Positions 50,877 to 57,668 of a stretch of DNA of 57,668 bases are shown here, in pieces; within the stretch, counting starts at the first letter, position 1, and every line of letters starts with the position of its first letter. Location: NCBI GenBank assembly GCA_036826335.1, contig DAISWP010000002.1:33583-91250 (forward strand), read 5' to 3'. Below the pieces are notes generated by a model. The model did no database searches. It was not told where the DNA came from and saw nothing but the letters and a program-made list of their open reading frames with translations. Both the position numbers and the translations under genes were made by a program. Source of the stretch: Candidatus Saccharimonadota bacterium (lineage in GTDB: Bacteria > Patescibacteriota > Saccharimonadia > Saccharimonadales > AWTP1-31).

Positions 50877-51728
50877 TTACGAGGTTGTCTGGTACGCTTC
50901 TGTAATCCTGCTTAGAAGTACTTCAAGCCCAGCGGCATCAACGTGCGTTTCTTCAAATGAAGGAGGCGTAGTTTTAACTGCTAAGTTGGGCTGAATCTGA
51001 GCAACAACAATACCCCTTCTTTCTTGCGTGTCACCACCTTGGGCATGGCCATTAACAGCTCCATGCAAAACGGATGGCAAAACCATGCCTGGTTCGCCCG
51101 TATTTACACCCGCACCAGTAAATAATGCCGATACATCACCCCCCGTTGCGGGGAAAACAATTTGGCCGTCTGGTTGCACTACATAGAAAGTCCCTTGTCT
51201 ATTGGTACGAAGATGTGCCGTTAAGCTACTTATGTCTTTATGAGGCTCGGCAATAACATCACTTGGTTGTTTGTCGTCGTCACTCACAACTACACGGACA
51301 CTGGTATCTGTTTTAGAAAGATCAAAGAAGTGCATATCATATATACCCGGAATGCGTTCATCAAGCTGTCGCAGAATCCACCTAAAAGCAACTTCACTTT
51401 CATAAACAACTTCTCTGCCGTTATCCATAAACTCCACGAGACTCGCGGGCAGTGCGGTAAAGTCCATGTCAGGCTGAGTAAGTCTTAGACGAAAAGCGTC
51501 TTTTGACTCAATCCTATCTACGCGTCTTAGATAGCCATAGTCGCCACCTCTGCGTCCTGTTACATTTGCTGAGGTTAGTCGCGCTAGATCTTCCCGCCCT
51601 ACTTCGTCTACTATTCCTTCAAACTGTGCCACCAATGCATCTAGATCTGTTCCAGTAATTGGATTATCGATTGCCGACCAGCCTCTGTCGGCTAAATCGT
51701 CGTAAACACCTACTATGTCTCCAGGCAT
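50877..51728 (-). CDS. Hypothetical protein, possibly 2OG-Fe(II) oxygenase-like
   Basis: EPHKDISS (HxD), a distal VLHGAV and ERRGIVV fit a facial-triad/Arg pattern. ATG 51728 is preceded by a GGAG SD, and GTG 51740 is an alternative start. Confidence 0.45.
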   Translation of the reverse strand: MPGDIVGVYDDLADRGWSAIDNPITGTDLDALVAQFEGIVDEVGREDLARLTSANVTGRRGGDYGYLRRVDRIESKDAFRLRLTQPDMDFTALPASLVEFMDNGREVVYESEVAFRWILRQLDERIPGIYDMHFFDLSKTDTSVRVVVSDDDKQPSDVIAEPHKDISSLTAHLRTNRQGTFYVVQPDGQIVFPATGGDVSALFTGAGVNTGEPGMVLPSVLHGAVNGHAQGGDTQERRGIVVAQIQPNLAVKTTPPSFEETHVDAAGLEVLLSRITEAYQTTS

Positions 51729-51858
51729 GTCTAACTCCACATGTTTTTAACAAAAAAATAACTATAAAGCATTTGCATTGATTCGTCAACAGGGCACGAC
51801 GCTTAATGTACTTTATCTTATCGACGACGCAGTGATGGAGAAAGCTTAGCTTTAATTA

Positions 51859-52284
51859 CTAGCAGCCGTTGCTAGTAAGAGCTCTATCAACAGCCTGTTT
51901 GGCTTGATCTAGTAATTCTGGATTCGCTTCGTCTGGACTTGGCTCCACCATTCTACTGGTTGCGATTGCACCGAAGACATCCGCTAATTGATCCATGGTT
52001 CGAACTTCTGATGTATCAATTGCGGCTTGGACTTCGAGGATGCTGCCCTCTGGATTGGCGTCTTCAGCTAAAACAGCCCCCAAACCCCATAACTCATAAC
52101 ACAAATCATCTATCTCGCCAGTATCATGAGCTTTGTAAACATCCCATGTGGTTGTAGGCGTAATTTCAGCTGGTGGTGCTACGGTACTCGTAGGCGCTAT
52201 TGCTTCACCTGAGCCACCAGAACAAGCTGACACACTGAGTGCTACTCCAAAACCGACTGCTGCTAATCTATTCAAACCTGGCAT
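51859..52284 (-). CDS. Lipoprotein, unknown function
   Basis: MPGLNRLAAVGFGVALSVSAC lipobox. ATG 52284 is preceded by AGGAG. Confidence 0.65.
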   Translation of the reverse strand: MPGLNRLAAVGFGVALSVSACSGGSGEAIAPTSTVAPPAEITPTTTWDVYKAHDTGEIDDLCYELWGLGAVLAEDANPEGSILEVQAAIDTSEVRTMDQLADVFGAIATSRMVEPSPDEANPELLDQAKQAVDRALTSNGC

Positions 52285-52313
52285 AAAGTCTCCTAATTTG
52301 TAAACTGATCTAG

Positions 52314-52342
52314 ATATTAACATCAAAAGCCATATTAGTCAA
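52314..52342 (-). promoter_or_regulatory. Sigma70-type promoter TTGACT-17-TAATAT for the lipoprotein gene
   Basis: Minus strand reads TTGACT (52342-52337), a 17-nt spacer, then TAATAT (52319-52314). Confidence 0.5.
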
Positions 52343-52442
52343 TACCAGTTAATCGGGGTTTTTGTCATACACAGCAATAACGGATAACTTTCGAGTTACC
52401 CGTTATTATCTCATTATCGGCTAGGTCTTTGTACTGTGAGGT

Positions 52443-52634
52443 CTAGTAGGCTTTTGTTGCGCCCGCTTCTACTGCTTTTTCAGCATTGTCCTTAGACATC
52501 ATTGCACAAACAGTTGTTCCGCACTGTTCATGCTTCCCTTTGGCCATGAAACCACCTGTTTTAGTCTGCACAATCTCTGGTGCTGACAATTCAACGCCCT
52601 TTTCCTTACACTTAACGCAATATCCTGTAACCAT
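52443..52634 (-). CDS. Small Cys-containing protein (DUF5679-like, tentative)
   Basis: MVTGYCVKCKEKGVEL...HEQCGTTVCAMM. ATG 52634 is preceded by GAGGT. Confidence 0.5.
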   Translation of the reverse strand: MVTGYCVKCKEKGVELSAPEIVQTKTGGFMAKGKHEQCGTTVCAMMSKDNAEKAVEAGATKAY

Positions 52635-52784
52635 GTCTATGTACCTCAAATTAATTGTTTATCAGATCTTATTCTATCATGCCCATCCTTAGGATTCACT
52701 ACCACAAAGTAAGAATGTTGTTTTGTACGAAATAAACCCTGGGAACACCATCACAACAAATGTTTGAGCTTCTGTTTTCTTGGG

Positions 52785-53237
52785 CTATTTTTCAGCTTGC
52801 CACAAGATCCGGTCTATAGGCCCATCTTGAGATTTTTTGTGTATATTTTTAAATGATTCTTCCAGGATTTGTCTAAGGACCGGAACTGTAACATCGGATA
52901 GTCCATTTATATAAACGCAGTATCCCGTTGTTGTATGTTTGCCCAATTTGGACAGCAGCTTAGAATAACGCGCCGTGCCATCCATTAGATAGACCGTGAT
53001 CTTGCCTTTTCGCGGATAAAAAGCCAGGGTGTGTGCCTCACCTTTGCGGCCACTTGAATATTCATACTTGTAGATTCCAAAGCCTATAGTGCCAATCCCG
53101 TATAGTATCGGATCATCACCGCTAATATGCTTCATTATCTCAACAAGTGTTTGAGTATCATTCTTTAGCGTCTCATCATCTAGTGAATCAATGTACTGAT
53201 CTACGGTAATATCGTTTCTTTCATCCGCTTTGCTCAT
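52785..53237 (-). CDS. DUF1801 (YdhG-like) domain protein
   Basis: 150 aa. Pattern IGFGIYKYEYSSGRKGEAHTLAFYPRKGKITVYL. Confidence 0.6.
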   Translation of the reverse strand: MSKADERNDITVDQYIDSLDDETLKNDTQTLVEIMKHISGDDPILYGIGTIGFGIYKYEYSSGRKGEAHTLAFYPRKGKITVYLMDGTARYSKLLSKLGKHTTTGYCVYINGLSDVTVPVLRQILEESFKNIHKKSQDGPIDRILWQAEK

Positions 53238-53242
53238 AATAT

Positions 53243-53626
53243 TTATCCCTCAACAGTTACCGAAAACCCTCCGTATGCCATTTTCTTCATATCAGTTGGC
53301 ATTTCAAACGCTTCGGTTTGCTCGCTGTATGCTTCGCTCATCTCATCCATGACTTTTTTGTTTACTTCGTCGCGGTGCTCCTTAGAGTTGAAGACAATAA
53401 ATGAGAACCATACATTTTCATCGTTACCCGCACCTGTCATTTCGGCATAGGCACGTGATTTTTCGTCACCCATTTCCTGCTGCTTAAGATCATCCCCTCT
53501 ACATTCAAAGTATTGGAGTGCACCATGCTTCATCCAGGAATCTCGTCCCATTTTAGCCATTTCTTCATAATCGGCTTCCTTGCCTTTTGGCACCACCAAA
53601 ACAAATCCATCAACGTATTTAGCCAT
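53243..53626 (-). CDS. DUF1428 family protein
   Basis: MAKYVDGFVLVVPKGKEADYEEMA...GGFSV pattern. Confidence 0.65.
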   Translation of the reverse strand: MAKYVDGFVLVVPKGKEADYEEMAKMGRDSWMKHGALQYFECRGDDLKQQEMGDEKSRAYAEMTGAGNDENVWFSFIVFNSKEHRDEVNKKVMDEMSEAYSEQTEAFEMPTDMKKMAYGGFSVTVEG

Positions 53627-53818
53627 GTTACCTACTCCTCTTATTAATGTTGTACCCGATTATAAGGATAACACTTAAGATGAGATGTTGGGGCGCCGAA
53701 GCGTCCGATCATACCCATTCGTGCGTTTCCGGGAATGTCTACTGAGAGTGAACGATAGAGGTTAGGCTTTATTGCAGCCAGCGCATGAAAGCTGCAGACC
53801 ATCTATAGTGCGCGTAAC

Positions 53819-55060
53819 TTACCAGTCCAAGTGGTTAACGGCCATTGCAGTGCTGTTTGGCAGCTTGAAGACTGTGGCGACATTGTAAGGATCGGTTGGG
53901 CCAACAACCTTGACTGCAGTCGTCGTTGTAGATCGCGTTATAACGGCGATGCTCCCGCCTTTGCTCCAAACAAGCTCCTGACCTTCCCGTCCACCACCCG
54001 CGCCACCACAACCAGGGCCTACCGTTTGACTAGCATCTGTATTTGCAAGCGTACGGAATCCTGTACCGTCTGCATTGATAACATCCATGCTTGGCTGTAT
54101 TTTGCGTAGGCAGGTTTCACTGTCAATAACCGTCTCATTTGCTCGGCTTAACGCAAGTTGCGCACCATTCTGAGACCAAGCAACGTTATCAAGATATTTA
54201 TTGGTGGTGCCATTATTCCAACTCCAAGCCGGGGAAGCATAGACCAATTTCTCGGCTGTGGTCAGTGTTTTTGTATAAACACTGGTATTTCGTGCGCTTT
54301 CGTTGTAACAAGTGTAGGCAAACTCTGTCGTGGTCCCCGGGCGTCTACCTACCAGCCTGCAGTTACCACCATTATCTTCCGCCGGGGATGATACTGAGGA
54401 GTTAGTTTTGACTTGATAGATCGAATTACCAAGATTATATACAATTGACTGGTTGTCTCCCAACATGTCGAACCCGCTCACGCCCCAGATTACACCACCA
54501 GATAGAATAGATACAGTCGCAAGCTCAGTAACACTACCCGTTTTAACATCAAGCGCTTTAAACTTTACTACATTCCCCGTTAGTTGCGTCGTTTGGTAGA
54601 TAATGCGTTTACCATCTGGTGACCAGATAAAATCTTCTAACTCTCCCACTCCATTCGAGTATACCTTTGGTGGAGTAATACCAACTCTATTAAGTGGTTT
54701 TACTGTAATTCTGCTATTAGCACTTCCTTTTGGCGTTTCAGCGTAAGCAATTTGCGATTTAGCTGGGTCATACTTCCCGCTACTAAGCCAATACTTATCA
54801 CTCGTTTGTTCCGCTTGGGTTAATGGGCTCGTGCCTTCTGCAGTTACGGTCTTAATGGAGTAGATCGCCTTTGCCGGATTTGTATAGTCCTGTTGCGAGA
54901 AAAGTAGTGGCGTAGTTGAATAGCTCGTTCGAACCAGTGTTGCCGCGCGACTCTTGTTGAGCACATATACGCCCACACCTGCAATGAGAGCGGTAACTAG
55001 AAGTGGCGCCAAAAGGTGAGCAGCACCAATTTGGTTAAGTTTTCTAAAGTACTTTTTCAT
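53819..55060 (-). CDS. Signal-anchored TolB-like (PD40/WD40-like) beta-propeller protein, paralog 1
   Basis: 413 aa. N-terminus is MKKYFRKLNQIGAAHLLAPLLVTALIAGVGVYVL. Repeated WSPDG/W-x-G motifs. RBS is AAGGAAG. Confidence 0.7.
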   Translation of the reverse strand: MKKYFRKLNQIGAAHLLAPLLVTALIAGVGVYVLNKSRAATLVRTSYSTTPLLFSQQDYTNPAKAIYSIKTVTAEGTSPLTQAEQTSDKYWLSSGKYDPAKSQIAYAETPKGSANSRITVKPLNRVGITPPKVYSNGVGELEDFIWSPDGKRIIYQTTQLTGNVVKFKALDVKTGSVTELATVSILSGGVIWGVSGFDMLGDNQSIVYNLGNSIYQVKTNSSVSSPAEDNGGNCRLVGRRPGTTTEFAYTCYNESARNTSVYTKTLTTAEKLVYASPAWSWNNGTTNKYLDNVAWSQNGAQLALSRANETVIDSETCLRKIQPSMDVINADGTGFRTLANTDASQTVGPGCGGAGGGREGQELVWSKGGSIAVITRSTTTTAVKVVGPTDPYNVATVFKLPNSTAMAVNHLDW

Positions 55061-55240
55061 TTGTTTACTTCCTTAGCTTATGGGAGGAACTTTATCATAA
55101 CCATAAGTGGTATGCAAACTATCAAAGATAAAAAAAGACTCCGTTGGTTTGGGGTCATAGGGCTTATGCTTGGTGGCGCATGTCAGGCATAGTTCTGGCC
55201 GTCTCCCCTCATAATAAATAGAGACTACGGATTGAATGAA

Positions 55241-55702
55241 TTAGTGCGACTGTTCAATTTTTCGGCCAGATTGTTCGGCTAAATATTCTTGGACTCCTTC
55301 AAGCCAGCCGTCTACGAAATAATCGTCTGGATTAAATGTGTCTATATCCACCCATTCATATTTATCGTGGTGTTTTCCAAGCTGCACTTCTCCGCCTTCA
55401 TACAATGCCTCGTATCCAATAGCAAAAATTCTAACCTTTTGGTTGTTTAGCCCATGCTCTTCACGCTCAACCCTGAAAAATACGACCGGTGGACCTACGC
55501 TATATTTGAATTCGCTACCAAGCTCTTCTTTCATCTTTCTTCCAATAACGGAAGGTAGGGTAGCCTTAAACTCGTCTTTCTTAATTCTGCCACCTGGCAA
55601 ATCCCAATCACCAAAGATGTCATGCGTAATTAAAAGTTTGTTGCCGTCACGGATTAACAATTTAGCAGCTACAAAATACAAGTCTTTATCATATTCAATC
55701 AT
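55241..55702 (-). CDS. NUDIX hydrolase
   Basis: Nudix box GGRIKKDEFKATLPSVIGRKMKEELG. TGtTATCAT ends 6 nt upstream of ATG 55702. The ORF-track start at 55759 is an extension. Confidence 0.8.
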   Translation of the reverse strand: MIEYDKDLYFVAAKLLIRDGNKLLITHDIFGDWDLPGGRIKKDEFKATLPSVIGRKMKEELGSEFKYSVGPPVVFFRVEREEHGLNNQKVRIFAIGYEALYEGGEVQLGKHHDKYEWVDIDTFNPDDYFVDGWLEGVQEYLAEQSGRKIEQSH

Positions 55703-55990
55703 GGACTCATGATAACAAAAACGTGTAAAAGTCTGTAAACTGCACGTTTGGCCTAACAAATATGGCGCATCACTTTGAGTTATTATTTACATGAAACCAG
55801 GGATGAGATAGCTAAATGGAGGGTACTGCTTACTGTGCCGTATCAAGAGTACTTACTTCGTCTGTAATAGGTGGGGGTTACACACTAGCGCTACTCATAT
55901 AGGGTCTTAGAGAATAAAGGCTACACAGGCCAAACACGACTCATGTAGCTTTATCCTAGAAAATAGACTTACACGCCCTTTGCCTCAACA

Positions 55991-57193
55991 CTACCAACTA
56001 AGACCATTTGCCCAAGTGTTGGCTGGAAATGTTGCAACCTTTGTGACTTTGTATGGAGTTGCAGCAGCCACTGTTTTAACACCACCATCCGAGGCCACCC
56101 CAATATAGTTACTGCTATTCCAAACGATTGTATTAGCATTCGAACTGCCTCCTTGGCAACCGCCCGCTGTTTTAACATCATCGATCCAAGCCATGAGGGT
56201 TATTGGCCCACCAGTAGCTGCAACCTTAACAACAGCCGGGTGGACAGTAATCTTGCAGGTTGCAGTGTCTACAACGGTCTGATCTATGAGTCTCATAGCT
56301 AGTGTTGTACCACCGGGCGACCATGTCGCATCAGTAATATACGAATTTCGAGCACCGTTCACCCACTTGCTGGGCGCCGTTTCATAAACTAGCTTCTCTA
56401 CACCAGAAAGCGTCTTTATGTATAGTTTATTCGAATCATTAACCCAGCAGGAATATGCGATGTCGGTCGTTGAACCGGGTCGCTTGCCCACCAGCCAGCA
56501 GGAGTTAGTATTTGCTCTGACGAGACTCGGTGCACTGCCCGTTTTGACTGAATAGATACCGCCTTGGCGCTCGTAAATGAGGGTGGCATTATCGCCGAGC
56601 ATGTCATACCTACCAACCCAGACATCATAGTCAACCCCACCCGGGCGCTTATCTATTGCGGTTATTAACGACACTGCACCCGTAGCTACATCTACGGATT
56701 TAAAAGCATATTTTGTACTAGAGTACGTCTCATCAAGAACAATAATTTTTTTGTTGTCTGAAGACCACGCAAGTGGACTATTCCCCAAGACTCCACCTAT
56801 GTCCTTTGTGTAAATCCTGAGCGGGGATGTATTTGGAGTCTTTATTGCTTTTATCCACAATGAACTACCCCCACCACCACTTGGCGACTCAGTAAAAGCA
56901 ATGTACGTCCCATCATGGCTAAGCTTTGCGGCACTTTGGTAATACTTATCTTGTTTTTGGGCTGCCTGGGTGATTGTATTGGCTCCGGTTGCGGTAGTGG
57001 TATTTATATACTGATCTGCTGGCCATTTTGCAGTGTTGTAAGAATACACAAGCGGCGTCGATGTGTACGGGACTGACGCGTGGCTCTGGCTCAGTACATA
57101 CACTCCCACGCCGGCAATAAGTGCGGTAACTACGAGTGGCGCCGCCAGGTGAGCAGCACCAATTTGGTTAAGTTTTCTAAAGTACTTTTTCAT
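55991..57193 (-). CDS. Signal-anchored TolB-like beta-propeller protein, paralog 2
   Basis: 400 aa. The first 46 nt are identical to paralog 1, and the body is collinear with it but diverged. Confidence 0.7.
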   Translation of the reverse strand: MKKYFRKLNQIGAAHLAAPLVVTALIAGVGVYVLSQSHASVPYTSTPLVYSYNTAKWPADQYINTTTATGANTITQAAQKQDKYYQSAAKLSHDGTYIAFTESPSGGGGSSLWIKAIKTPNTSPLRIYTKDIGGVLGNSPLAWSSDNKKIIVLDETYSSTKYAFKSVDVATGAVSLITAIDKRPGGVDYDVWVGRYDMLGDNATLIYERQGGIYSVKTGSAPSLVRANTNSCWLVGKRPGSTTDIAYSCWVNDSNKLYIKTLSGVEKLVYETAPSKWVNGARNSYITDATWSPGGTTLAMRLIDQTVVDTATCKITVHPAVVKVAATGGPITLMAWIDDVKTAGGCQGGSSNANTIVWNSSNYIGVASDGGVKTVAAATPYKVTKVATFPANTWANGLSW

Positions 57194-57251
57194 TCTTTTT
57201 ATTTCCTATTAGTTTATGTGCGAAGTATACGATAGGCATAAACATAATACA

Positions 57252-57281
57252 ATAAAAAAGACCTATCCATTGCAGATAAGT
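57252..57281 (-). terminator. Rho-independent terminator after tRNA-Gly
   Basis: Minus strand reads GACTTATC-tgcaatg-GATAGGTC followed by TTTTTT. Confidence 0.7.
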
Positions 57282-57286
57282 CCCTT

Positions 57287-57363
57287 TTGGTGCGGGTGAG
57301 GGGACTCTAACCCCTGGCCTCATCCTTGGCAAGGATGCGCTCTAAACAACTGAGCTACACCCG
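57287..57363 (-). tRNA. tRNA-Gly (GCC), CCA encoded
   Basis: Acceptor GCGGGTG/CACCCGC, anticodon loop TTGCCAA. The D-loop (AGTTGTTTA) lacks GG and the T-loop (TTAGAGT) has A56, consistent with a compensated U19:A56 pair. Confidence 0.85.
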
Positions 57364-57495
57364 CACGTTCGATGCTTGGTTTCAGGCGCATCCTTGGCCT
57401 GGCAAGTCCGGTCACCTTTGGCGACCCCGAAATTTCATCTTTGAAAACAAGTTTTCAAGAGAAAGTTTCCTTGCGTTATGCCCCAGGCACAACTC

Positions 57496-57521
57496 ACTCT
57501 AAACAACTGAGCTACACCCGC
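57496..57521 (-). repeat. Perfect 26-nt direct repeat of the tRNA-Gly 5' end (one upstream nt plus nt 1-25: acceptor 5' strand and D-arm)
   Basis: Identical to 57339-57364. It lies 131 nt upstream (in the transcription direction) of the intact gene and directly downstream of a canonical promoter. Confidence 0.9.
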
Positions 57522-57533
57522 ATAACAGATGCA

Positions 57534-57562
57534 AATTATACGGTATAACTGCTCTACGTTCA
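57534..57562 (-). promoter_or_regulatory. Sigma70-type promoter TTGAAC-17-TATAAT, positioned for the tRNA-Gly 5' fragment
   Basis: Minus strand reads TTGAAC (57562-57557), a 17-nt spacer, then TATAAT (57539-57534). The -10 box ends 13 nt before G1 of the fragment. Confidence 0.6.
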
Positions 57563-57668
57563 AGAGCACACTATTGCCAGCTCTGCCAAACTTATACCTG
57601 ACTGGCTACGGATTTTGTTGGTTTCTCCCCACGAAGGTACGGAACCGCACCCTGAGGGCAATCTTTTG

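Overview
This is a densely coding bacterial chromosomal window with about 62 protein genes and 4 tRNA genes. I saw no rRNA, CRISPR array, transposase or integrase. The genetic code looks standard, because TAA, TAG and TGA each end conserved genes at the expected length.

Layout:
- 1-15.5 kb, mostly plus strand: purC (minus strand, partial), then purK-purE-[HAD-like ORF with an in-frame TAG]-ATPase-purM-purL, a micro-ORF plus Cu/Zn SOD, guaA, an ABC-2 exporter and a PAP2 protein.
- 15.5-27.9 kb, minus strand: trmD, KH protein, rpsP, rnc, NUDIX, nusB, rpmF, leuS, then a tightly coupled wall-type module (polysaccharide deacetylase, FemAB, DegT, alpha/beta hydrolase, Mur ligase).
- 27.9-32 kb: rarA, tRNA-Ala, and a NOX-like ferric reductase with cytochrome b5.
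- 32-57.3 kb, minus strand: ligA, htpX-lemA, tRNA-Leu, an LAxTG-anchored propeller protein, gdh, tRNA-Cys, a Gre-like/Gfo-Idh-MocA/DegT/unknown/NUDIX operon, then a hydrolase-rich accessory stretch ending in two TolB-like paralogs and tRNA-Gly.

The gene content suggests a small-genome lineage with a Gram-positive-type envelope, possibly Patescibacteria or Saccharibacteria-like. The supporting features are rpsP-KH-trmD without rimM, LemA-HtpX, FemAB, an LAxTG signal and pilin-like surface proteins. This taxonomic call is inference only.

Most unusual observations:
1. Both tRNA-Ala and tRNA-Gly carry a perfect 22-26 nt copy of one end of the tRNA about 130 nt away. The operon's own terminator (Ala) or promoter (Gly) flanks the fragment rather than the intact gene. 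The two spacers share an 11-nt identical motif.
2. At least 13 transcription-unit heads show a -10 box 6-7 nt upstream of the ATG, often with a TGn extension, which implies leaderless mRNAs.
3. A single in-frame TAG splits a HAD hydrolase inside the pur operon.
4. A five-gene operon begins with a Gre-factor paralog and contains a 394-aa protein with no domain I recognise.

No candidate rises to a clearly novel defence or mobile system on sequence alone. All functional calls come from motif recognition by eye, not from database searches.
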